Below, one piece after another: positions 52,916 to 64,000 of a DNA stretch of 64,000 nucleotides. The notes below the pieces were generated by a model. The model saw only the letters and a list, made by a program, of their open reading frames with translations, was not told where the DNA came from and ran no database searches. Numbering within the stretch: position 1 is the first letter of the stretch; each line of letters begins with the position of its first letter. Source of the stretch: Geosiphon pyriformis uo1. Lineage: Eukaryota > Fungi > Glomeromycota. Where the stretch lies: NCBI GenBank assembly GCA_016748015.1, contig JAAOMT010000630.1, positions 263,254 through 327,253 on the forward strand. Reading direction: 5' to 3'. A program made the position numbers and the translations under genes.

Positions 52916-53992
52916 TCCTAAAATCTTAGTAAAGTTAAATTTTCTCACTAAAGCCAAAGACTCGAGTTCATTGTATAAATAATTTTTACATTATAAGTCT
53001 TATCATCATATTAATATCTTAATAAAAATTACAAATGAATGATTTGATATCAAATAAGTCTTAACAAATAAGTTTAACTTTGAACCAAGATGTACAAAAA
53101 GGTGACGATAAGCAAGGATGACAAGCAGTTCTTTGACTTTTGATATTCGTTTATAGTGATAGATTTGTAATATGATAAATTTTGGATGAATTTCTCTTTT
53201 TGACTGTAATTTACTTGATGAATCTTGATCCGTGGGTAGCTTCAGAGAAAAAAAAACGAATTTCTTGTTATTATTAATCTTTGAGTTTTTTCAAAAAAAA
53301 TTTAATTCTTTTTAAATTTGTACATCCTGAATTATCACAATCTAAGCTAAACTAAACTAAATTAAACTAAACTTGTTACATGTACTACGGAGAATTTCAA
53401 ATTCACGGAATATCATTACATATACACACATACACACATACACACGCGTGTAAACAAGATATACACCGGAAATTTTTTTATCGGAGAATTTTAATTAAAC
53501 AAAGATTTACATTTGTCATATTAGTTACCTAGCGAGAATATTTTTTCACTATACAAAAATTTAAAATCTTTGAATTTACCTTTGTGATTTTTTTTTTTGT
53601 CAAGGTTTTTAATCACCTATATATAGCAAACTACTATCTTGAATAAATTTTATGAAAACTGAATTTCTGAGTGAAAGACAAAAAACTTGATTGAAAGATA
53701 AAAGTTGGGTAAAATGAATGAACAATTCTTCAAACAACAAAAAGAGGTTTAACAAAATTTTCAATTTAAAAGAGTTCTTGAACATATATATATATATATT
53801 TTTTTAATATTTCATTTTGCTCAAGAAAATCATATTAGTTGATAAAATAGATCATCATTCAATCTTTTATAATATCAAAAAGCGTTCTTGATAAAAAAAG
53901 AATTTTCTTAAATTACACGAGTATTTTTGATGAAAATTGTAAATAATTAATCTCTACATAATAAATTAAAAGATGGAATTTATCAACTTTTC

Positions 53993-54034
<42 letters not shown>

Positions 54035-55367
54035 TGTTTATCTCAAGATACTTAAATTATGTACTAGGAACATTAATTAATAAAGTAAAAGTAAGATAAA
54101 ATAAAAAATTTATTATAAGTTTCAGATTAAAATTATTTTGATTTTTAAAAAAATTCCCTTAATTTTTTAATTAGTGATCATCTAAATTATAATTTAAAAC
54201 CTCGGGTTCACATTTTTTTTTTTTTTTTTTTGAATATACGAAACAAGGTAAAAATTAAAACAATTTTTGAATCCCCTTTTTGAAAAACTTTAATTAAAAA
54301 TTATCCGATAAAAAATAAACAAACCTGAATATTTATTTGTTAAAAAAAAAAAAAAAAAATGTTTTTTTTTTAAGCTAGGTTCTCCGATTTTAACTTTTTC
54401 CTACACTATTGTTTAATCAGATTTACATGAAACGAAATGTAATTACAGAACTAAATATTAGGAATTAGTTAATTAGTTAGTTAGTTAGTTAATTGTGATA
54501 GATTTTTATTTTAATTGAAAATTAAAAACTTGTGATAACATTATTTCAAATCTCTTTTGTTCATAAAAAAAGTGATTGAAAAAAAAATATTATCAGTAAA
54601 GAGTTTTATAGAAAAATATTTTATACTTTTACAATTTATTGCTTTTTTCAAGCCCTTACTTCTCCTCCTCCCCCCCCCCCCCAAAAAAAAAACTATTAAT
54701 ATTTTTTCTAGGTTCCAGAACTGATATATTTTTTTTAAATATTCAAGTTAAAAACAATTTTTTGTTTACTATTTTCCAATCATTTTTCTCGAAACATACA
54801 TTTCCAAAAATCTATCGGTTAAATTCAAATCTGACACAGTAATAAAGATTTATTCAAGATACATGCAATTCTCTCTAGGTTAGAAATTTTTTTTTTCGGT
54901 TTCAGCATCAGTATTAGCATCGTCATCATTCAAAAACCCCTAACATAATAGGTAAATATTTTTCAAATCTTACCATTAAATCAGCAATCGAATTTTTTAT
55001 ATATATAAATAAATAAATTATCAATAAATCAATAAATCAATAAATCACATTTCTAAAACACGGATACATAGATTCACTTCAGAGTAATCCCCTTCAAAGT
55101 TCCTTCAATGAATTAATCAAGCTATGGCGTAAAACCGGTCCACTTTAACAATTCAAAAGCATTCAGTGAGTTATCATGAATCAAAACAAATGACCTGATT
55201 TTCTCTGATTTTTTCCGGAATTGTCTGGTAAAAAACTAGCATGAATCCTTTGACTCTTTAACTTTGAACGATATAAGCTCGTGGAAAGAAATTTTAGTTA
55301 TCAACCTGGAAAATGAAAGTAATTTAACACGAAAATCTCTGCTCAAATAAATGTAGCGCTTTTCAAA

Positions 55368-56517
55368 ATGCCGATATCGCTAAAGGTTCTCATCGCAGTA
55401 CCACAAATCACGCAAGGTGTTGTTGCGATAATGAGTTTTATGATTTTGTTGGCGGTTAGGAAACTCAATAGGTAAAATATTTGGCGGAATAATATTTCTT
55501 ACACATCTTCTCAAACTCGGAGGTCAATCTTTTTAATTCTTCAACTTGATTTAATCTACTACCAAAGGATTGTGTTCATAAATATCGTATCTGGCCTATT
55601 ATTCTTTTTAGCTGGACTAGTTCTAATCTCGTCCTCCTTCAATATCAATCTACCTTTGAATCCAGCTATCATCATTCTTTATGCTATCACCTTTATAGGA
55701 GGAATGGTATTATGGCTAGTGTATATTTTTGCCAGAAGTTATTCGTTGATACCGGGAAGGGAAACATGTTTTAGAAAATTTATTCAGTTTTTATTGTTTT
55801 GTCCAATTTTCGTTATCACTGGGCTTTTGATTCTTTTCTTGTAAGTATCCTGAAAAAAAATATTTTAATCAAGGAAATCACTATTTTCTAATCTTTTATA
55901 AATATTCTGATATGACCTAACTCCTATTCCAAACACTTTTGCAAAATAGAATATATGGACTTTCTGAAATAGAAGATGGTGAGCTAGTTGAATACCGACA
56001 TCCAGAAATAAATCAACTCTTTTTCTTGCTAGCGATTGGATCCACAATCATTTTCGACCTTATCTGTTCTTTAATACTCATCCTTAGTATTCGACATACA
56101 CTTGGAATATCGTCTGGACATGCAAGCGAAATTGTTAAATTAGTGTTAAGAAACTCGGAGATACGGTTGTTCGTTGGTTTAGCGTTGGGAATCACATTTG
56201 TGATTTTAAATGTAATTTTAAACGTGATGCTGAATCGAAAAGATGGACCACCAGCCGATGGTATTATTAGTTTTTCGGTATGGTTGATTGCTGTCAAGTG
56301 GGGTAAGTGATGAGAATTGGGTTCGAAAATTTGAATTTTGAAAATGGAAATAGCTTTTAGTCTTTTCCAGTTAATTTAACCTCCCCTCCCCCCCCCCCCC
56401 CCCCCCCCCATTTCCATTTATTCAGTGATATACATGGTGGATAGTTTAATAGCCCTTATCGCAACCCCATCAAATTTGGTCATTTTCACCCCAGATTCTT
56501 CACTAAACATTCCATGA
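55368..56517 (+). CDS. Orphan 7TM (GPCR-like) membrane protein, paralog C, 4 exons, short N-terminus
   Basis: Exon 1 MPISLKVLIAVPQITQGVVAIMSFMILLAVRKLNR is missed by the ORF track. It is followed by 55572-55844, 55939-56310 and a last exon (V)IYMVDSLIALIA...NIP*. Same intron phases as paralogs A and B. Confidence 0.72.
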
Positions 56518-57956
56518 GATGATAATCAACAAATAAACCTTGGGAACCAAATCAACAAAATTACACAAATAATCGCGCTTCTCATGAGATTTTTGACTTG
56601 ACACCTACAAATTGTGAAGGAATTATCACAAACACCTTATGCAGCAGATTTACAAAAATACTTTTCAAAAAAGCAAAACGCTTGTTGGGAATTTGGAAAT
56701 TAGTAATATCAGGATATTATTAGTTTTTCAATTTCAAAGAAACTTGTGTCGTCTGTTAACGTTACAACAATAAAAGGGACAAAATACTCAGAAATAGAAT
56801 AATTTAATTTATCATAATTTGAAGAAAGAATAAAGGATATTATTTTAACGAGAATGATGAGAATGGAGATTCATGACTGAGTTGAAGCTGAAGTATTATG
56901 AAAAAGATAGTAGTGCATTGGATAAGGAACTCAATCACCAGAAACATCCTTGACAATTAATATATAGAGGATGTCAGTTGATGCGTGAGAATAGGAATTC
57001 TAAATTATCTTGAAAAATTAGGTTTAACTTTACTGTACAGTTTCAAAAAGGGGATGGTATAATCAAAAAAATTGATACAGTGGAATTAAAAAAATTCATG
57101 CCCAAGTTATATAGTGTCTTAAGTTTCTAAAATTATCTCATTAGCTTTTTATCATCAGAGATGAATACAATGCTATTTTGAAATAGTTCAATTTTAATTG
57201 GTATTTTTAAAAGATACACCATAAGTTGCTGATTTGTAAACCTCAATTTATACCCTTAAGTAAAAAATCTACCATTCCATATTATAATTCAAAGAGGAAA
57301 ATCTTTACTTTTAATTATAAAGTTTTTCATTAAATTAACAGATTTTAATTTTTTCCTAAAGTGATCACAAAAAAAACAATTTTAAATACTTTATATTCTC
57401 CAAATTTTCGATTTAAAAAAAATCAATAAATAAAGCAAAATTATTAGATTATTTCCAATTTGAGATATATTAAAAAAAAAAAAAAACAAAAATTTTTCAT
57501 TTCTAAAAGGTTAAAAATAAAAATAAAAATAAAAATAAAAATAAAAATAAAAACACTAAAAATTGAATAATCTAGTGATTACTTTTCGAATAATATCATT
57601 TTCAGAAATCTGATCAATTTTCCTTTCCAGTGAAAAAACTTTTATGCAATCTCTTAAAACTTTCCTATATATATATACAGTATATTTATATCGAATAAAT
57701 CAAAAAAAAATGCGAGATTTTGAATTGTAATTTTTTTTCCCATTTGAAGTAATGTGATAATATCAATAACCATCTTTTTAGTAAATATCAATGAAAATGA
57801 ATCAAATGATGCCTTTGATCTTTCAAGTCCATTTACATTAATGCATCGTTAAATAGAAATTTTTTTCATTTTTTTTTGTATAATATAAATAAGCGTAGCT
57901 TTGTTGCCATTAAAAATAATTATTCCAATTTGTTTCTTTTCAATTTTCCGCTTGAA

Positions 57957-58562
57957 ATGACGAAAAAATTTATTTCACCTCTTTTCAGCTTCTTTTTCAT
58001 CTTTATTCTCATGGTTATTCATATCACGCCAAATGCAGCTATTTCAACCAACAAATCTGTTAAATCACGAAAACCTCATAAAAGTCATAATCGCAGGCCA
58101 GTCCAATTTTACCAGCCACGTAAAGCCTCAAAAAAGCCAGTTAAAAGGCCTCGCAAATCTGAATATTCTATATCAAAACGATGTTTTAATGACGATGAAA
58201 TTCTAGATTATGATTTTTATCCATGTTATCCGGAAGATTATTATTGCTATGATGATGATGATGATATATACCCATGTTACGATGATTTTGATTATGACGA
58301 TTGTGATTACTACCCTTGCTCTGACTATTCCGATTACTATCCTTTTTTTGATGATTATAATTGTTATTCACCCCAACCTGATTATTGTGAATGCTATCCA
58401 CATCCAAACCCATATCTGATTCCAATTCCTGTACCTTGCCCCGAACCATGCCCAATTGAATGCTGCGTTCCTTGTCCTCCAGTACCTTGTCTCGAACCAC
58501 GTCCATGTCCAATACCTTGTCGCGATATTTGTTTGCCTGAACCATGCCCTATCCCATGCTAA
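57957..58562 (+). CDS. Secreted Cys/Tyr/Asp/Pro-rich protein
   Basis: Signal peptide MTKKFISPLFSFFFIFILMVIHITPNAA, then a Lys/Arg-rich segment ending in KR, an Asp/Tyr/Cys-rich segment with recurring YPC, and a (PCPEPCP)-like tail. Confidence 0.78.
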   Translation: MTKKFISPLFSFFFIFILMVIHITPNAAISTNKSVKSRKPHKSHNRRPVQFYQPRKASKKPVKRPRKSEYSISKRCFNDDEILDYDFYPCYPEDYYCYDDDDDIYPCYDDFDYDDCDYYPCSDYSDYYPFFDDYNCYSPQPDYCECYPHPNPYLIPIPVPCPEPCPIECCVPCPPVPCLEPRPCPIPCRDICLPEPCPIPC

Positions 58563-60140
58563 AGAGAGCATTATAAAAGTGTTTGTATCCAAGGTATCTA
58601 GTTTAAAGTTTATAACAAATTTAAAAAGTAGTATAGTTTTATAATTTGAATTTTTTTTTTGTACTCTAGTAAAGTATTGTAGTTAATCAATATCTTATGT
58701 ATTTTAAGTGGGAAAAAGGAATTTATCTTTGCCCAATAAAATAAATGTCTTTATTGGTTATTTTTATTCTAAAAAGTCAGGTATCCTGAGCTTATATTAT
58801 TATGGAGTCATATGTTTAGAAGAACATATCACAATCAACCTCAGAATCTAATCTTCTTGTTTTAGAGGATATGAGAACGTTTATATTTTAGCCTTCTGTA
58901 AATTATTGACTTGATCATTTATTCTTTTTAAAAAATATATAAACAAAGACTTTACAAAACTATAGAAAAAATAATTTATTTGGGAGGGAGAGAGGGAGGG
59001 GGAGGGGGAGGGGGAGGGGAAGGGGGTTAAAACAAAAAATTTTATATTAACTAAGTAAGTTTCATTAAAAACTGATTGTTATTTTTAGAAAAAGAATTTT
59101 GGTTTCATTATGAAATGTAATATTATTCAAAAATCAAGGTTAGGAATTCAAAGATTCATTGGAAAATATTTTCGAATGTTTACAAAAGAGCGTATATCAA
59201 TAGATGCTTTTATTTAAATCAAATGGTTTGGTAAATGATTAAATCAATAATTATTAACTAAAAAAGGGTTGGCTAATTATATTATTATTGTGTTTTTTAA
59301 ATTAGATTATCATTATATTTACAATTTATAATATTTCAACTTAGTTTTTATATATTATTATATTATAATTAATTATTAATTATATATGAATTTTTTTATT
59401 AACAAAAAAACTTTTAATTTAATTAATATAAGTTACTATTTTTTAACTTTATTTATTGTTAACTTTATTGATGTTTTTTTTTCTTAATCTAAACTCTAAC
59501 CTGTTTTTAATTTCATTAATCATAATTTATATTATTGTTATATATATATGTATATATTTGTTAATTTTACAATATAAACAATTATATATTTTAATGTTTA
59601 ACAATATTCAATATTTCAATATTTCAATAATTTCTTGATTTTACCATTTTTTCAATATAACTAAATAATTGAGTTACAATAATTTATTGAATATATATAC
59701 TTTTTATTACGTAACAATTAATTGATTGATAATTTAAGTGTTTTGGGAATTACAAAAAAAAACAATAACAACAACACATCCCCCACATGTCAAACGTCAA
59801 AAAAGAGCTAGTTTGGCAACGGCCTTTCAAAATGACTCATGGATTTTAATTTTTTATTCAGGTGTTGAACGCGTTAATACATTGAAATTATATGATGAGC
59901 AATCATAAAAGAAATAAAAACAAGGGGTTAAAACTTGAAAGGCTAAAATTCAGGATAGTTTCCTTAATAATGAAATCGATTAGGTCATTATCATCAACAT
60001 CTAATCAGAATAGATTATTCTTTTTAAAATGTGCGGGACTTTCCCTCTATATTCTCAGCATAAAGCTTTTTTAGATTTTGGCTATAAAAACTCCTCGGCT
60101 TATCGCTTTGCCTAAGGGCCTCGAGAAAAAGATTGTTAAT

Positions 60141-61681
60141 ATGTCCGACATTTCTAACTTTCAAATAAAATTTTGTACAGAGATTGGAAAATTTCTAGAG
60201 CAAAACAATACACATGATGTAATTATTCATGTCGGCCAAGAACCAAACATAAAAAAAATATAAGGCCAATTCTCTTGTACTGTGTGCAAGGTCGCGTTAC
60301 TTTCGCATCGGTCGATCAGCTGATTGGGAAAAGAAAGAAGATGGAATCTTTGTATTCAAAAAGCCAAAAATTTTACCAGAAATGTTCGAAATTATTTTAA
60401 GGTATGTTCTTAAATATTTAGCGTTTAAAGAACATTTTTAAAATATGCTGAAAATTCATTTGCCTTTTTTAAAAACGGAATAGATTTTTATACAGCGCAA
60501 CTGTTGACCTGAAAGGTCAGGAAGGTCCAGAAATTTTGAAACTTTTGGTTGCTGTTGATGAATTAGAATTGGATGATTTATCGGCTCATATACAACAATA
60601 CTTGATCAAAGAGAAACATGAATGGTTACACCAAGATCCCGTGCAAGTGCTTGATATTGTTTTCCGCCATGAAGCGTGTCACAGCCTCCGTGATTATTGT
60701 CTCGAGGCTATTTGTGAAAACCCGAAATTAAATTTTGAATCAAAGGGTTTTCACTCTATCGACAGATCAATTCTTTTAATGCTCGTGAAACGGGATGACC
60801 TTGACATTGAAGAAATAAAAATTTGGGAGTATTTAATTGATTGGGGTACAGCACAACACACATCTTTGAAAAAGGAGGTTTCTAAATGGTCTCGGGAAGA
60901 CTTCATGGCAGTAGCAGCTACCTTAGAACCACTGCTACCTCTAATCCGATGGGAAGAGATTAAGTCATCTGATTTTCAGCACAAGGTTTTCTCTTATAAG
61001 CGGGTATTCCCTGAGCCTCTTTTTGACAACATCATTGAGCATTATCTGAATTCGAGTATACCAATTCAATCTACTTTGAAACCTCGATTACGAGCTCAAA
61101 TTGACTCCACTATAATTGATAAGAAGATCGCAAGAGTAATCGGTAATTGGATAGCAGGAACGAACTCGATATCAGAGCAAAAGCATTCCTACAAATTTGA
61201 AAACTTTTTTCGCGCCAGTCGGCATGGATTTGATAATGGAAATTTTCATAGTAGATGTGATAATAAAGGACCTACATTCACTATCGTAAAGCTTTCATCA
61301 AAAAATATTATTGTTGGCGGTTATAATCCTCTAAACTGGAACAGTAATGGAACTTATCAAAATTCGAATTCTACTTTTATTTTTCAGTTTTCGGATTCGA
61401 GTAGTCAATCAGGGAAGATTGGTCGAATTACCACCAATTACCAATATGCTGTTTATAATAATCCTAGTTATGGACCAACTTTTGGTGGTGGACATGATTT
61501 TTATATAAGTGGAAATTATTTGTACCACAGTTCAGTACATACCTATCCCAACATTTTTTCAAGCCTTGGAAATAGTAGCCTACAAATGCAAGACTATGAA
61601 GTTTTTAAAGTTTTACAACCATTTAACTTGATTTTTTCACTTTTAAGAGTGGTATCCAACATGATTATTTCTTTGCTCTAA
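60141..61681 (+). pseudogene. BTB/POZ-BACK-TLDc protein with a single +1 frameshift (pseudogene or homopolymer error)
   Basis: DVIIHVGQEPNIK, then a frameshift in the A8 run at 60251-60258. Frame resumes as YKANSLVLCARSRYF...KKPKILPEMFEIIL. Exon 2 carries BACK (IEEIKIWEYLIDWG) and TLDc (RASRHGF...FHSRCDNKGPT...GGYNP...YGPTFGGGHD...DYEVF). Confidence 0.85.
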
Positions 61682-61949
61682 ATTTATTATATGAAAGTAT
61701 ATTCTAAAATACATTCTAATAAAGTTGAACAAAAATTATCAATAATAATTAACATTGCCAACCACTAACTATTATTATATAACTTTAATTATTGTATATT
61801 AGATGTGGATCAGGCTACAAACAACACGTGACCAGCCACAACAATTATTCACTATCCAGATTTTTATAGCTTTTTTAATATTATTAGATTACTAAATACA
61901 TATTCACTTGAAAAAAAATCCGTAGCATTAATTATTTTATTGCTACTTA

Positions 61950-62450
61950 ATAAACATGCTTCATAATTATTTTTAAAAAAAACTCTATTCTGAGTTCCCA
62001 ACGATAAATGCCAAGAATTTAAGCTTGTTATAAATATATTTTTAACAGCCAGTAAAAAAATAACTAAAAACTAATAGATTTAATTACAGATTTAAACCTA
62101 TTTTTAGAGTCTACAAAATAAAACACTTGAAATAAAACAATAATTTTGACATAAAAAACTAAGTAACAAACTGATTTACAAAAACTTTAAACATAACAAA
62201 TAACTTAACAGCAGATTTTAATAGCTAAAAAAAGCATTTTGTATTTCAAAACCAAATAATCCAAACTTTAACACTTGTAGCAGTATTAATATTTTAGAGT
62301 TTTTTATTAAATACAATTTTATTTCAAATATTAGTTTTGATAATTGCAAAGCTTAAACTTTTTGAAATCTAAAAAAAATTGCTGACTTGGTTATAAAAGC
62401 ATTCTAGAATATAATTACTTTTTTGTTTAAAAATTTTTAAATACGACTTT
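61950..62450 (+). pseudogene. Heavily decayed BTB/BACK-like relic
   Basis: Fragments EFPTINA / EFKLVI / YIF are BTB-like. TILFQILVLIIAKLKLFEI*KKLLTW has the same spacing as ILLMLVKRDDLDIEEIKIWEYLIDW in the neighbouring gene, with TAA in place of the Trp codon. Confidence 0.35.
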
Positions 62451-63676
62451 TTTTTACCAAAACAACGCTGTAAGCAAAAACAACTTTACCAAAATTTAAA
62501 AGTTTTACAATACACAATAACATATTGCTACAAACCAACAAATTTTAATTTTACAGCATAAATGTTATCAAATATTATAAAAATGTTTAAAAAAGCAATA
62601 TAGAAAATAATAGCAAGAGCAAAACCAATACTAGATATTAAAACAGATTTTGCGTTTTAAAAGCAATAAAAAAGATAAATTTAACAAATTTAATCTTAAT
62701 AAAAGCATTTAAAAAGATTTAAAATGCAAACTTTATATATAAAAGCTTAATATTGTTTTTATTAATCAATTTAACATCAATAAAACTATACAATAGATGA
62801 AAAACAATAAAATTAATAATAGCATTAAACATCAAAGCAAAGACACTTTATTCAAATATCTTAATAACTAGTAATAATTTATTAAATACTATTAAAATTA
62901 CCAATGGTTTCAAAATAAAATAAAAAAACAACTTCGATTTTTATAGTATTAGCTCAATCTAGTTAAAATACTTAGGATCTCAATATCTTTAAAAAAGATT
63001 GTTCAATGAATACCTGTTAAACTTGAAGATACAGCTGCCATTTCTGATAAGATCCAAAATTTCTGTGATTTTTTTATTTGCGTTTATTATAAAAAGATCA
63101 CTGAAATCTTTTGATTTGAAAAAATTGTGTGAATAGGTTAGCAAAAGATTTTGCGCGATTTTCAATTGTCATTGTTTTACCTTAAAAGTGAACAATAACA
63201 ATGAAATTTTTCTTTACGCGGGTGGTATTTTTATCTCTTGAATAGGTTAAAAATCAAACCTGCAATCTCGGTAAAATAAGCAGATGATCAAATATCTCGT
63301 TGGATAAATCTTATTCAAGTCTTAGAAATCAGCACAATGCAAATTCTCAAAGTTGCTAATTGGTTTGCTTTTATTCCCTCCAATAATAACTAATACCGAT
63401 TTGCGCTGCAATGCATACCTTTTATACCTTAATAAAAATAGCAAAACAGCGAAGCCAATTGTCACATTTAACTTATAAAATCCAATTCGAAAAAAGTACC
63501 GTTTGCGCTTCCATTTGAAAATAAAAAAAAAACAGGTTGAAATTTTTAATTAGGCAAAATTAAATTTAAACTGTTCAAAGTGCATAATAATTCTCCCAGC
63601 CTCATAATTGGTGTTTGGCCATAAAAACTGTCCAGCTTATAATTTTACTACAGAACTCGAGAATAAGACATTAAAT

Positions 63677-63948
63677 ATGTCTGAAATTTCCGACTTTCAA
63701 AAAAAGTTTTTCGTTGATATTGGGAAAATTCTGGAACAAGACGATGCACATGATGTAATTATTTACGCTGGTGAAGAACCAAGCATTAAAGAATATAAAG
63801 CTCATTCTCTTATACTATGCGCGAGGTCGCATTACTTTTCCACCGCTCTATCAGCTGATTGGGCAAAGAAAGAAGATGGAATTTTTGTGTTTAAAAAGCC
63901 AAACATTTCACCCGAAGTTTTTGAAATTATTTTGAAGTATGTTTTTGC
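63677..63948 (+). CDS. BTB/POZ domain protein (BTB-TLDc family), first exon; gene runs off the window
   Basis: MSEISDFQKKFFVDIGKILEQDDAHDVIIYAGEEPSIKEYKAHSLILCARSHYFSTALSADWAKKEDG...KKPNISPEVFEIILK, then a GT donor. Close paralog of the 60141 gene. Confidence 0.88.
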
Positions 63949-64000
63949 ATATTTAGTATAATAAAATTTTTAAAAGATACTAAAAGTTCATTCGTATTCG

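Noticed and set aside
56290-56302. Lys in TM7 of 7TM paralog C (AVKW) as an opsin Schiff-base lysine
   Set aside because: The other two paralogs have Gln here, and no DxxxK or other opsin motifs are present.

Overview
Eukaryotic, AT-rich, intron-rich fungal DNA. The BTB-BACK-TLDc genes and the overall composition suggest Glomeromycotina/Mucoromycota (inference). Positions 1-2.9 kb are a hypermutated, CpG-free AT block. From 3 to 37 kb lies a compact core of conserved genes: pericentrin/Pcp1-like PACT protein, a Ser/Thr-rich membrane sensor, peroxisomal acyl-CoA thioesterase, F-box/LRR, Rav2/Rogdi, phosducin-like, Bck1-type MAPKKK, Pro3, Taf11, SREBP and a CBS-PB1 protein. From 37 to 64 kb is a gene-sparse accessory region. 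The best finding is invisible to the ORF track: a decayed IS607-type element at about 37.5-38.85 kb, with a serine-recombinase TnpA remnant followed by a frameshifted Fanzor2/TnpB RNA-guided nuclease relic. The accessory region also holds three paralogous 4-exon orphan 7TM (GPCR-like) genes, a secreted Tyr/Asp/Cys/Pro-rich protein and a BTB-TLDc tandem array at different stages of decay. A candidate U12-type intron (RAV2), a GC-AG intron (TES1) and a likely autoregulatory E-box/SRE pair upstream of SREBP were also seen. Gene models were spliced by eye, so outer coordinates are approximate where stated.
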